Notes: generated by a model not told the origin, from the sequence alone. Shown: positions 37,046 through 46,536, counted from the first letter of the stretch. The stretch: DNA of 64,000 bases from a virus (IMGVR_UViG_3300006145_000007:40400-104399); one strand, 5' to 3'. Made by a program: numbers and translations.

Positions 37046-37696
37046 TCAGGCAATCACAGAACATCTGACATCAAGCCTGACCTTCGCTCCAGGAACCAGC
37101 ATCGCCACGATGGAATTTACTACCGCTTCCGCATTGATGGCACCCTGGAAGCTCATGCTGAAGTCCGTCATCTCCATACCGGAAGATGACGGCTTCGCTT
37201 TACTCATATCAAGCTGACAGATAAGCGGAGCCTGAACAACATCCTGTGGTTCTTCAGCGGCAGGCGGAGGAGGCGCCTCAACCTCTGCCTCGACTTCATT
37301 AAGGAACAGACGTTCAAACTCCTCGCGCCGATCCTTCGGCATCTTCTTCCCTGGGGAGAACTTGATCCCGATCTCCTCTGAGCTGCAATGCTTCGTCACG
37401 GTAGGAGCGCCGATTCCAAACAGCCTTGCGAGATCGGATGCGGTCGTTGAGTATTTCCGAATCATATCCAGCAGGTACTCCTTTTGGATCTGAACCGGCA
37501 TCTTCTTGAACTCCTCCCATGGCATAGGCTTCCCAAGCTGATATGTCACAGATTCACCACACCTTTCTAACCATTGTTTCCGTGTCATATGGTCTGTTGA
37601 CATAGGACACTTCTTACTTTTACTACCGGACTTCCTATGGAAAGCCTGTCGTGCAAGGCGCTTGCGCTGCATGACTTCGTAGTCAAAGTCATTCAT
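37046..37696 (-). CDS. HTH-containing protein with proline-rich linker (putative transcriptional regulator)
   Basis: Probable start ATG 37696 (MNDFDYEV..); ..TTASDLARLFGIGAPTVTKH.. HTH; ORF-track N-terminal extension to 37933 overlaps a better gene. Confidence 0.5.
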   Translation of the reverse strand: MNDFDYEVMQRKRLARQAFHRKSGSKSKKCPMSTDHMTRKQWLERCGESVTYQLGKPMPWEEFKKMPVQIQKEYLLDMIRKYSTTASDLARLFGIGAPTVTKHCSSEEIGIKFSPGKKMPKDRREEFERLFLNEVEAEVEAPPPPAAEEPQDVVQAPLICQLDMSKAKPSSSGMEMTDFSMSFQGAINAEAVVNSIVAMLVPGAKVRLDVRCSVIA

Positions 37697-37706
37697 ACCG
37701 CACCTC

Positions 37707-38117
37707 CTATAACTCGTAGCTGTAAGTATGATTCCCCAGATTGTCGGGAGGCGCGCCTTCGAGTTTCTTCGGATCGAAGTCGTCGTAGACGATACGTGCG
37801 TAGCACGCCTGCATCTTGCCGGCCATGAAGAACTTCTGCCACAGGTCTTCGTCGCTTTCACCGTGGCCGCTGAGCCAAAAGATCTGGTCAGGATACTTTG
37901 CGGACAGGATACGCATGTCCTCTTCGTGGTCATACCACTTACAGTTGGCGTAGTACGAGTCGGTCATATCCCCGTCCGTGAACACGTTCATCTTGTCAAT
38001 CTCCAACGCGATCTGCTCCTCAAGGATTGGGGAGATCTTGTCGGTCATCTTGACTGACCCATCCTCCTGGGTCTCCGTCCCATATACGCTGAGTGTGTAG
38101 TCGGTGTAGTATCCCAT
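37707..38117 (-). CDS. hypothetical protein
   Basis: 136-aa ORF. Confidence 0.45.
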   Translation of the reverse strand: MGYYTDYTLSVYGTETQEDGSVKMTDKISPILEEQIALEIDKMNVFTDGDMTDSYYANCKWYDHEEDMRILSAKYPDQIFWLSGHGESDEDLWQKFFMAGKMQACYARIVYDDFDPKKLEGAPPDNLGNHTYSYEL

Positions 38118-38119
38118 AA

Positions 38120-39265
38120 TTATCCTCCTCGTAGCTGATTTACTGAATCGATGATAAGCCGAATGGCCTCCTCGATCTCCTCGCCTGTAGTGTACTGTGA
38201 CACAGAAACCCGGATGGAGCTTCGGGCCTCATCTTCTGTCAGACCGATGGCAGACAGAACATGGCTTGGAACTGCATAGTGCGCCGAACAGGCAGACCCA
38301 GCAGATACCTCAACGCCTTGACTGTCCAGAAGCATAAGCAGCGTTTCTCCGTCCACATCATCAAAGCGCAGGTTCAATGTCTTCGAGTTATAGTGCGGCG
38401 TCCCGTTGACATAGACCCCAGACAACTGTGACAGAACGCCGTTCCTGATCGCCCCAACCTTTTTGCCGTACGCATAGGTATCATGGAGCCACTCTGCATG
38501 AGAAAGCTCTGCAGCCTTCCCGAGGCCGACGATGTATGGCACGTTGTGTGTGCCTCCCCGCAGCTCGTACTCCTGACTGCCGCCGTGAATCACAGGGCGA
38601 AGGAACTCCTTGTGTCTGGCGTACAAAAAACCGACCCCTTTCGGCGCGTGGACTTTGTGCCCAGATGCCGACAGGAAGTCGATACACGACAGGTCTACAT
38701 CAATGTTTGTACCGCAGTATGCCTGAACGCAATCCGTATGGAATAGAGCGCCGGCGCTCCTGCAAATTTCTCCGATACGTTCGATGGGGTATCGGTTCCC
38801 GATCTCATTGTTGACCGCCATGATTGACACGAGGCCAGTGTTCTCACGCATAGCTTCTGCCACACGCTCTGGTGGGATGTCACCGTCGCGGTCAACGTCC
38901 AGCCAAGTCACCTCGAATCCTGAATCAAACAGGGATTTTATTGCATTCAGAACGGAGTGATGTTCGACTTTCGTGGTGATGATGTGTGTGCGGCCCACAG
39001 ACTTCAGATAGTCTGCCAAGCCAACAATCGCCAAGGTGTTTGCCTCCGAGCCGCCAGACGTGAAGATGATGTTGCTCGGGTCGGCGCCGATGGGAACCGC
39101 GACCTGCTCCCGTGCTTTCTCTATTGCCTTCGCCGCTTTTCTCCCAGCGGAGTGGATGCTCTCCGGGTTCCCGTACACATCGGAGAAGTACGGTGTCATA
39201 GCCTCCAGAACCTCTGGGGATACCTTTGTGGTCGCCGCGTTGTCAAGATAAATCATTGGAATCAC
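38120..39265 (-). CDS. cysteine desulfurase (NifS/IscS-like class V aminotransferase)
   Basis: ..IYLDNAATTKVSPEVLEAM..; ..FTSGGSEANTLAI..; ..SASGHKVHAPKGVGFLY.. PLP-lysine region; ..SAGSACSA.. active-site Cys loop. Confidence 0.8.
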   Translation of the reverse strand: MIPMIYLDNAATTKVSPEVLEAMTPYFSDVYGNPESIHSAGRKAAKAIEKAREQVAVPIGADPSNIIFTSGGSEANTLAIVGLADYLKSVGRTHIITTKVEHHSVLNAIKSLFDSGFEVTWLDVDRDGDIPPERVAEAMRENTGLVSIMAVNNEIGNRYPIERIGEICRSAGALFHTDCVQAYCGTNIDVDLSCIDFLSASGHKVHAPKGVGFLYARHKEFLRPVIHGGSQEYELRGGTHNVPYIVGLGKAAELSHAEWLHDTYAYGKKVGAIRNGVLSQLSGVYVNGTPHYNSKTLNLRFDDVDGETLLMLLDSQGVEVSAGSACSAHYAVPSHVLSAIGLTEDEARSSIRVSVSQYTTGEEIEEAIRLIIDSVNQLRGG

Positions 39266-39271
39266 CTACTT

Positions 39272-40171
39272 TCACTTGCCGCTTTGTTTCATTTCTTCCC
39301 GGAACCTTAGATATGCTCTGGTGTACTCGTAGCTATCCTTGAAGATTGCGTTCGCAGCTTTCAATAGCTTAGGCTCATACTGCTCGATAGACGCCAGTTC
39401 CTCTTCAAACCGTTTGCCAAACGGACACCCAAAACATCCTGTGCGCACAAGGCCATATTCTGTGTAGCAACGGCTATGTGTTACATCGTAATGCCTGCAA
39501 TACTCTTCCTTGTCCGTATCTCGCAACCAGAAGATTGGGCGGAAGTAATCCATGCCGCCGGCTCCATCCGAGAAACAGCTATGTAATGCCGCAGACCTGA
39601 CGCCTCCTTCTGATTGGCGTATGCCGATACACGACAGGTCATATCCTTTTCCTTTTGCAAATTGTGCCGCAACATTTTTCTTTGCATAGGTGCAGCACTT
39701 GCTTGATATTTTGAATGTGGGAGGGTTCTGTACCATGAACTCCTTAAGATATGGGTTCCGCTTGATGGCGTATTGCGTTGTATTTCCGTAGGTAACATCA
39801 CACCACCATTCCAAAGCTGTTTTGCACTTTGGGTACTTGGCATACAGCTCGTCAAATGGTTTGTCTTCCCACTGGAAGTTGTGTCGCTGAAGGCGATAAA
39901 TCATCTCAGCGGCAAACTTTGACATAAATGGAACACCGTACTCCCGGTTTGATACTGGAATCGGTTTGACGGGATGCGCCTTCACAATTTTGATGCCATA
40001 CTTATCTTCGAGGTAACCAAGGTGTTCCAGTGTCGCTTGATATTCCAGACCCGTATTGAAAAACACAAAGTCTGTCTTGTTCTTGGCGCCACAGCGCACA
40101 AGCATATCAAGCATCACATCACTGTCGCCCCCCCCCGCTGATGGAGCACATAATCTTCTTATGCTCTTCAA
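39272..40171 (-). CDS. PP-loop ATP pyrophosphatase, PAPS-reductase/TtcA-like, with Fe-S type Cys pairs
   Basis: PP-loop ..PSAGGGDSDVML.. (SGGxDS); ..FFNTGLEYQATLEH.. (PAPS_reduct DTG..ET); Cys pairs ..SSKCCTY.. and ..GCFGCPFG..; in-frame G9 tract encodes the GGG of the P-loop. Confidence 0.7.
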   Translation of the reverse strand: MKSIRRLCAPSAGGGDSDVMLDMLVRCGAKNKTDFVFFNTGLEYQATLEHLGYLEDKYGIKIVKAHPVKPIPVSNREYGVPFMSKFAAEMIYRLQRHNFQWEDKPFDELYAKYPKCKTALEWWCDVTYGNTTQYAIKRNPYLKEFMVQNPPTFKISSKCCTYAKKNVAAQFAKGKGYDLSCIGIRQSEGGVRSAALHSCFSDGAGGMDYFRPIFWLRDTDKEEYCRHYDVTHSRCYTEYGLVRTGCFGCPFGKRFEEELASIEQYEPKLLKAANAIFKDSYEYTRAYLRFREEMKQSGK

Positions 40172-40279
40172 CGACTTCGACGCATTTTGCCAATGCGTCT
40201 ACAATAACAAAGTTGTTTGGCGCACCGGCGAGTAGTTTGTCAACGTCAACTATAACTCTCACCTCTATTTTCGTTAACG

Positions 40280-40567
40280 CTAATCTTTTGTATAAATCCC
40301 GCCAGCAATATCAAGGTCGCCAACCGCCCGTATACCGAAAAGCCTAATAAATTTTTCGCCCTCCCACCAGTCATACAGAAACTCGATGTCGTCAAAATTT
40401 ATAGGGCTTGCAATCTCCTTATGCAAGTCAAATGTATTGCCGTCATATGAAGTTCCTATCGAAACAATAACCGTATCTGTGATATCATTGCGCTTCCAGT
40501 ATCTTTGAATGTACTCTCCTATTGCGTCATAACCAGATTGACCTTCTTTTAGTTTAATCTCAATCAT
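40280..40567 (-). CDS. hypothetical protein
   Basis: 95-aa ORF. Confidence 0.4.
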   Translation of the reverse strand: MIEIKLKEGQSGYDAIGEYIQRYWKRNDITDTVIVSIGTSYDGNTFDLHKEIASPINFDDIEFLYDWWEGEKFIRLFGIRAVGDLDIAGGIYTKD

Positions 40568-40588
40568 TTGCTACCACTCCTTATAAAA

Positions 40589-40807
40589 TTAACCTTTCGT
40601 GCAGATGTAAACGCTGTGGATGTCTTGCTCTTCTTTGCTAATATTCAATAGAACTTGCTCTCTCCCTACGAATTTATCCCACAGCCTACATACCACTCTG
40701 TCTGGATATACATCCTGGACGAAGCCAATCGGTTTTTCGTCTGCAACGACTGGGATACCCACAGCAGACTTTCCGTATGATCCGTCGTTTTTGAAGTAAA
40801 TTTCCAT
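40589..40807 (-). CDS. hypothetical protein
   Basis: 72-aa ORF. Confidence 0.35.
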   Translation of the reverse strand: MEIYFKNDGSYGKSAVGIPVVADEKPIGFVQDVYPDRVVCRLWDKFVGREQVLLNISKEEQDIHSVYICTKG

Positions 40808-40810
40808 TAT

Positions 40811-40996
40811 CTAATTAACTCCTATATGTTCTTTCATATGTGAACAAGCCCCGTTTTCAATTTGACATTTCCCACCAAAAGAACACTCGTAGTACCCAGG
40901 TAACTGGACAACCGGAGGATATGGATACCATGTTGAAAACGGGCAGTCTCGCGGATCTCGCGGGACTTTTTCTACAATAAACACGATGTTGCTCAT
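40811..40996 (-). CDS. small Cys-rich protein
   Basis: 61 aa with ..CPFSTWYPYPPVVQLPGYYECSFGGKCQIENGACSH.. Confidence 0.35.
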   Translation of the reverse strand: MSNIVFIVEKVPRDPRDCPFSTWYPYPPVVQLPGYYECSFGGKCQIENGACSHMKEHIGVN

Positions 40997-41000
40997 AAAA

Positions 41001-41354
41001 TCAGCCCTTTACATTGTCCTCCGTGACCTTTGTAAGATCACCGATCCAAAACAGCCACTTCGGTTTTGTCTGATCCTCTTTCAGGCACACGACGCTGTTC
41101 CGCATGTTCGGGTCAATGCAGACCGTGAACACGCGGCCCGCGTTCATTTCACAGAACCGCCGATATGCCGGCAGCTTTCTCTCATACCCAGGGTGTTTCC
41201 TGATTTCCTCCAGATTGAGAGTGACCTTGTCACCGTCATGAATCGGCCAGTCCCCTTCGATGATGCCCTTGAACTTGTTCGCCATACTCAAATCGTCCAG
41301 GAATTGCTTGATAAGGCCGCTCTTTGACTGCTTGCGTCTTTGTTCACGATTCAT
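41001..41354 (-). CDS. hypothetical protein
   Basis: 117-aa ORF. Confidence 0.4.
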   Translation of the reverse strand: MNREQRRKQSKSGLIKQFLDDLSMANKFKGIIEGDWPIHDGDKVTLNLEEIRKHPGYERKLPAYRRFCEMNAGRVFTVCIDPNMRNSVVCLKEDQTKPKWLFWIGDLTKVTEDNVKG

Positions 41355-41363
41355 ACCAACACC

Positions 41364-41858
41364 TCAGTGGTTGTCGTTGTCTGTATGTACGACGTTCCCG
41401 CGCCCAAACACGAATTCAACGACGTTCGTATTGTAGTAATCCAGGAAATCCTGGAAGTCACGGAAGTCCTCGTGGCTCTGGTGATCGATAAACCCGCCGC
41501 TTGGGTCGATGATCACACCCCTGCACCGGGCATGGCGCCCGATCTCGTCGCTGAGTTTCTCAAACTCACGCGTCTTCATGAGATCCTCTACGATATCCTT
41601 GTCAGTTCTGTTTTCATCCTCTTCATAGAGCCAGAGTGTGACATCACTTTTTACCGCAAGCATTGTCACCAGATAGGAGAGTCTTTCTGCCTGACCTCTA
41701 TAGTCACAGACCTCCCACCCAAAATCGCCGAGTTCCGTGTGGATGTACCCATCACGATCCACATGGATATCATTGTTTGAAATCTTCCCATGCGTGATGG
41801 TGATTGAATGGGTACTGCTGCTGTTTGTCTCGAAAACGCTACGCCTGACCTGTTTCAT
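41364..41858 (-). CDS. hypothetical protein
   Basis: 164-aa ORF overlapping the upstream gene start. Confidence 0.4.
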   Translation of the reverse strand: MKQVRRSVFETNSSSTHSITITHGKISNNDIHVDRDGYIHTELGDFGWEVCDYRGQAERLSYLVTMLAVKSDVTLWLYEEDENRTDKDIVEDLMKTREFEKLSDEIGRHARCRGVIIDPSGGFIDHQSHEDFRDFQDFLDYYNTNVVEFVFGRGNVVHTDNDNH

Positions 41859-42423
41859 CCATTCTTACCTCCTTTACCGAAGCAATGATTTCGTCCAATG
41901 TACGCGGCGTGTAATCCATCCAGGGCATCATGGCGCCTACATTGAACATCTGACACTTACGGTCATATAGCTGTTCCATCAGGAACTTATCGTACTCCAT
42001 CATATGGGACTCAAAGGAGTTGTGGACATGACCGTACAGGTGATACCACCCATAGAAGTGGTTCTTGAAGCACGGGATCGGATAGTGGCACAGCACTACG
42101 TCGCGGTCTCTGTCTTTGATCTCCATGTACTCCGATACCTTCACGAACTGTTTAATGAACTTCCCATCGTTGCACCTGTCATGATTACCGCGCACCAGGA
42201 ATTTCTGTCCATTGAGGTGTTCGAGAACCTGCATGGCCGGCTCCGTCTTGCACCAGAACATATCGCCGAGCACATACACGATATCTCCTTGCTTGACTAC
42301 ACTGTTCCACCTATCCACCAAAGCCGCGTTCATCTCTTCAACGGTGACGAACGGGCGGTTATCGAATGCGATACAGTTCTTGTGGCCATAGTGCCAGTCA
42401 GCAATGTAAAATTTATCCTGCAC
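41839..42423 (-). CDS. calcineurin-like metallophosphoesterase
   Basis: ..YIADWHYGH.., ..VYVLGDMF.., ..LVRGNHD.. metallophosphatase motifs. Confidence 0.7.
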   Translation of the reverse strand: MQDKFYIADWHYGHKNCIAFDNRPFVTVEEMNAALVDRWNSVVKQGDIVYVLGDMFWCKTEPAMQVLEHLNGQKFLVRGNHDRCNDGKFIKQFVKVSEYMEIKDRDRDVVLCHYPIPCFKNHFYGWYHLYGHVHNSFESHMMEYDKFLMEQLYDRKCQMFNVGAMMPWMDYTPRTLDEIIASVKEVRMDETGQA

Positions 42424-42435
42424 TTAATCACCTCC

Positions 42436-42984
42436 TTACCACATCTCCCACATGACGCTGAAGACTTTCTTGTTATAAGACTGGGCTCTGCCGATGAAGT
42501 CAGTCCTGCGGAACAATTTGTTTGCGTACCGCTTGAGAAACTTCTTACGGTTGGATTCATGGGGCTTTTTGATGTAGGTATACTTGACATCATCGTCGTC
42601 GATACCAAACAGCCAGAGCTGGTATGGCCGGGCCGCCGGCATACTTTTCCTATCCATACCAATAGACATCGCGCCGTTCTGATTGAGCGCGATATCTTTT
42701 TGGCGGTTGAACTTCTGGACACGCATTGCACGGCGGTAAGCGCGCCCAGTCTTGCGCTTACCTTTGTGCGCCCGCTCTCTGGGCTCTCCCCAGGCATCCT
42801 CGCACCCGTTCCACATCCACAGCTCGCCGTCGATCTTGTCACATCCACAGTGGTCAAACATGCCGAAGTATTCAAAGCTGCCGTCTTCCTGAGCGTACTG
42901 AAGCCTGCGCTCCAAGTCACATACGATAGGGCATTCGTCACACGTCCATACCCTTGAGAGCCCAAAATCCATCATGTTGACCAC
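42436..42984 (-). CDS. hypothetical Cys-rich basic protein
   Basis: 182-aa ORF; ..WTCDECPIVCD..HCGCDK.. Confidence 0.4.
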   Translation of the reverse strand: MVNMMDFGLSRVWTCDECPIVCDLERRLQYAQEDGSFEYFGMFDHCGCDKIDGELWMWNGCEDAWGEPRERAHKGKRKTGRAYRRAMRVQKFNRQKDIALNQNGAMSIGMDRKSMPAARPYQLWLFGIDDDDVKYTYIKKPHESNRKKFLKRYANKLFRRTDFIGRAQSYNKKVFSVMWEMW

Positions 42985-43008
42985 ACCTTTCTTATTCAGT
43001 TGATTGGA

Positions 43009-43638
43009 TTAGTGTTCGTTGAACACAACCTGTTCCCCACACTGGAGAGTCCAGCATCCATCATCCGTGCAGGCACACTCGGAACAGTTCCCGCCGCACA
43101 GTTTCGCATCGTCACGGGCGGTGGTCGTCCTGTCCGTGTAACGCACATGAGCCTCCGGCAGGCAAAACGGGTTCTGCATTTCGAGACCAACCCATGCGCT
43201 CAGGATAATATGTAAATTCTTTGGGAAAGACCCGCCAGAACTGAGGTAGTCGTTTACGATCTCATACTTTTTGGTAAAGCAGAGGATCTGACAGTGCTGG
43301 TTCCGGCGAGCCACGTTGACCATACGCACCAGATAGGTGCTGTCAGGGATGTCGCCGGAGACATGGAATCTAAAAAATCGAGACAGCATAACCGCTGCCT
43401 CGACCTCTCTCCAATATGTATCTGGATCATTCCGAAGAATGTCCAGATTGCGCCGGTATGCTGCGGCAACACTTGGTCGCAGCCGTTCCAGCTTTCGTGC
43501 GTAACACTTCTTATGACAATCGCACTCTCGGCATGTCACGACAGACGGCAGAGAGACGCTTGCGATGTTACCCATCTTCTTGTTTGACTGACTGATGCTG
43601 AGTTCGCCCATCAATATACACCTCCAACAAAACGCCAC
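43009..43638 (-). CDS. hypothetical Cys-cluster protein
   Basis: 209 aa; N-terminal ..CRECDCHKKC.. and C-terminal ..CGGNCSECACTDDGCWTLQC.. clusters. Confidence 0.4.
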   Translation of the reverse strand: MAFCWRCILMGELSISQSNKKMGNIASVSLPSVVTCRECDCHKKCYARKLERLRPSVAAAYRRNLDILRNDPDTYWREVEAAVMLSRFFRFHVSGDIPDSTYLVRMVNVARRNQHCQILCFTKKYEIVNDYLSSGGSFPKNLHIILSAWVGLEMQNPFCLPEAHVRYTDRTTTARDDAKLCGGNCSECACTDDGCWTLQCGEQVVFNEH

Positions 43639-43661
43639 ATATGGGCGGCGCTAAACTCGCT

Positions 43662-44348
43662 TTAGAACTTCAACTTGATATGGTGTACTTTCTTCATGTA
43701 CGCAGCGATGAACTGTTTGCTTTGCTCAACCTGTGACTCATATGGCAGCTCTGTGTCATAGCCGACATACATAGCAAGGATCATAGCGTTGATCATGTCC
43801 TGTGTGATCTTCGCTCTGTCCATATTGGCCATCACCGAAGAAACGCCAACCATAAGGGAAATCCATGCCCTTGCCATGGTTTCGGTTTCCTCAATCCTGA
43901 ACGCACTGAGCCAATCCTTCAATGTGATTTCATTGCCTCTCTTGACACCTGGGCAGGATACATTCTGCGTGAAGTAGCTTGCCTCCATCGTGTCTGCGTC
44001 CGTGAATCTGCCGAGAGGGAAGATTGCACAGACGACCGGCTTGTCGTCCTGAACCATACACTTACCATTTCGCAGCAGGCTGCAACTCCCGTCCATACGT
44101 TCTCTCAGGACAAACACAGGAGTATTTGATGTTGATCCGAGATACCCGGTCAGATATTTGCTGACTACCTCTCCAGGTCTGATGCCAAGAGACTTCGCGA
44201 TCCTGAAGATATCTGGCCCGGTGAGCAGAATTGGTTCTGCTCTGTTGCGACAACAATTCCCGCACATCTGGCAGGTAAATGTGAATGTGTCGTCAGGCTT
44301 CAGGACATTCGCCTTCATTCTTTCTACGTCTTCTGCTGTGTACGCCAT
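43662..44348 (-). CDS. YkgJ-family putative Fe-S/zinc-binding protein (CxxCxxCC)
   Basis: ..FTCQMCGNCCRN.. signature. Confidence 0.5.
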   Translation of the reverse strand: MAYTAEDVERMKANVLKPDDTFTFTCQMCGNCCRNRAEPILLTGPDIFRIAKSLGIRPGEVVSKYLTGYLGSTSNTPVFVLRERMDGSCSLLRNGKCMVQDDKPVVCAIFPLGRFTDADTMEASYFTQNVSCPGVKRGNEITLKDWLSAFRIEETETMARAWISLMVGVSSVMANMDRAKITQDMINAMILAMYVGYDTELPYESQVEQSKQFIAAYMKKVHHIKLKF

Positions 44349-44423
44349 TGTGATACTCCTCCTTTTTATTCACCACGAGCGCAGCCCGTGGTATGTATCA
44401 CATCCACACCTGTCTGCAATGTG

Positions 44424-44888
44424 TTATCGTGCAAGAACAGCGACCGGGAGCATCTTCATCCCTTTGTTCTTGCACACAAGAAACGCCGTGTACCCATCCT
44501 TCAGGATGCCATCCTCGATGCAAACATTGGTATGGAAGCACCCAAACTCCTGCAGCTCACGCTTACGCCTATCGAGCTTGCTCTTGTGCGGAGTGGACAT
44601 CTCCATCCAGATCGGAACACGGACATCTGAGATGTCGATGGTCTCAACGACCGCAGAAATGTACTTCAGCGGCATCCGGGCGCCGCACTCCATAAGCATC
44701 CGCTCGATTTCCTGGTCAGCTTCATTGCCGCTCATGACATCCGACACGACGACTCCGGGCATATTACCGCGACGTGTGTCGCAGATCACATTGACGCCCA
44801 TCTTGACGTACGGAAGAAGATGATCCGGGACAGCGAAGCAATACTTTTTGCTCTGCTCGGTATTGTGTTTGACGAGGGCAACATTCAT
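44424..44888 (-). CDS. hypothetical protein
   Basis: 154-aa ORF. Confidence 0.4.
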   Translation of the reverse strand: MNVALVKHNTEQSKKYCFAVPDHLLPYVKMGVNVICDTRRGNMPGVVVSDVMSGNEADQEIERMLMECGARMPLKYISAVVETIDISDVRVPIWMEMSTPHKSKLDRRKRELQEFGCFHTNVCIEDGILKDGYTAFLVCKNKGMKMLPVAVLAR

Positions 44889-44927
44889 CTTGATCTCTCC
44901 TTTACATATTTTTGTCGTGGATGTAGG

Positions 44928-45449
44928 CTACTTAGCCAGTCTTCCTGTTGCTTTCAGATAGTCTTCACGGAGGATCTCATAGGACTTGTCGTTCAGCGGG
45001 TTGCCGGCAAGATCCCTGGAACGATTATGACGGATACCGATAATATGACCGCCAAGTTTCTCACACATACGGTCGTAGCTCGGCTCGATCGGGTTCCCGC
45101 AAATGACATTCCACTCAATCACGTTCATTCCGAACTTGATGAAGCAATCGTCGATAACCTGTCGGAGAGCGTAGCCGAATGTGATTTTGTCATCGGAGAA
45201 ATTGATCGCCCCAAACCACTGTGCAATCCTCAAGTCTGGGTCCATGGAGTATGAGATACATCCGATCAATTCATCCGAGTTGTTCAGAACCGCAAAGGCG
45301 CGGCGCGGCCACTCGTTGTTCCTGTCATCGAGCGAGAAGTCATTCCGCCATGACCCGCCCCAGAAATACTGGTACTTCTCGTCGTACCAGACTTCCCAAA
45401 ACTTGCGCTTGATCTGTTCCTCGTACAGTTTCGCATTGACGATTTTCAC
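44928..45449 (-). CDS. hypothetical protein, possibly GNAT-like acetyltransferase
   Basis: 173-aa ORF, weak resemblance only. Confidence 0.3.
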   Translation of the reverse strand: MKIVNAKLYEEQIKRKFWEVWYDEKYQYFWGGSWRNDFSLDDRNNEWPRRAFAVLNNSDELIGCISYSMDPDLRIAQWFGAINFSDDKITFGYALRQVIDDCFIKFGMNVIEWNVICGNPIEPSYDRMCEKLGGHIIGIRHNRSRDLAGNPLNDKSYEILREDYLKATGRLAK

Positions 45450-45781
45450 TTAGCCGCCTCCTTCGAACGTGCCTGAAGTTTGTCTGCGAGCTTCCACAAA
45501 TTCCTGGGGAGAGGAAGTACGGTGATGAGTTTCGTATCCCGAAACAGGTAAGTGGAATGATTGTATACCCGCATATTGGTTGGCCTGTAGTTGCGCAAGA
45601 AAATGCTGTCCAGATATTTACATAGCTGCCCAGTCGCTTCCGCGTGAGTGACACCACACTGCAGCGCCTTCTCAGCATTTCTTTCCGTTGCCTTCTTGTT
45701 GATGCCAAGACGCTGACGGATACGCTTCTCGGCATGTCGTGTCACATCAACAGTCTTGTCTTCCACAGTTAACACCTTCAA
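45446..45781 (-). CDS. DUF4258-like (RelE/ParE-fold) small protein
   Basis: ..VTRHAEKRIRQRLGINKKATERNAEKAL.. resembles the HAxxRMxERGI signature of DUF4258. Confidence 0.35.
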   Translation of the reverse strand: MKVLTVEDKTVDVTRHAEKRIRQRLGINKKATERNAEKALQCGVTHAEATGQLCKYLDSIFLRNYRPTNMRVYNHSTYLFRDTKLITVLPLPRNLWKLADKLQARSKEAAK

Positions 45782-46337
45782 TCACATCCGACACGTATTT
45801 CATTGTGAAGTCATCAATACGACGCTGCCACTCTTTGATGAACTCAGCCAAATCGATCTCCGCAACCTGTGTGTGGAAGAACTTGTCATATCCACCGCAC
45901 CATGCGGACGAATGGAGATGACCATAGTGGAACGGGAACGGATTCTTAAAGCGCGTGAAATCCGGATTGGAACCAAGGCGCAAAGCCGGATACTGATATT
46001 GGTTGTAAATGATATCTGTCTTTGTCAGCTCCACTTCTGGGATACCAATGATCTTCACGTAGTCAGTTCCAATTTTGAAGCAGCGTCCAATGTTCTTTAT
46101 AGCTTCTTCTTGCATAGAGGAAATATTTTCCCGCTTAAGCTCTGCTTGTCTGGCGCGGCATTTCTCCATCAGCTCGTTCAGTTCTTCAGCGCCCAGCTTA
46201 GATACATCAACCATATCTCTACACCCCCAAATATGGGTTAAAGCGCCGGTCGCGGAAGATGTTGAGTGGCTTCCCGTCCTCGTAGAACTCGAACTGCACC
46301 GAGTTAAATGCGCCTTGGAAATTCTCCAGATAGACAC
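45747..46337 (-). CDS. hypothetical protein
   Basis: 196-aa ORF. Confidence 0.4.
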   Translation of the reverse strand: MSIWRISKAHLTRCSSSSTRTGSHSTSSATGALTHIWGCRDMVDVSKLGAEELNELMEKCRARQAELKRENISSMQEEAIKNIGRCFKIGTDYVKIIGIPEVELTKTDIIYNQYQYPALRLGSNPDFTRFKNPFPFHYGHLHSSAWCGGYDKFFHTQVAEIDLAEFIKEWQRRIDDFTMKYVSDVIEGVNCGRQDC

Positions 46338-46464
46338 TGGTATATGACTGCCCGATAGAGATGTCGCTTACCGGATACTCATTCCCGGCTATGAGGCCAG
46401 CCTTCTTGGCCTTCTCTTCATCATGAGGGAATCCGTTCTCTGGATTAGTAAATTTAGCAGTTAC
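46219..46464 (-). CDS. hypothetical small protein (likely start MVTAKF.. at 46464)
   Basis: Longer ORF-track version overlaps the SPFH gene; internal ATG after the intergenic hairpin is more plausible. Confidence 0.35.
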   Translation of the reverse strand, partial: VTAKFTNPENGFPHDEEKAKKAGLIAGNEYPVSDISIGQSYTSVYLENFQGAFNSVQFEFYEDGKPLNIFRDRRFNPYLGV

Positions 46465-46508
46465 CATATTGACCTCCTCTCTTGCGCGCAATGCGCACGA
46501 AATGCAGG

Positions 46509-46536
46509 CAGGGGGTGAGCCAACGCCCACCCCCTG
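46509..46536. promoter_or_regulatory. GC-rich stem-loop (CAGGGGGTG..CACCCCCTG, 9-bp stem) between the SPFH gene and the next gene
   Basis: Inverted repeat read directly. Confidence 0.45.

Noticed and set aside
37697-37933. N-terminal 79-aa extension of the 37046-37933 ORF
   Set aside because: The extension (Cys/Ser/Thr/Arg-rich) overlaps the better-formed 37707-38117 gene on the same strand. The internal ATG at 37696 (MNDFDYEV..) gives a plausible protein.
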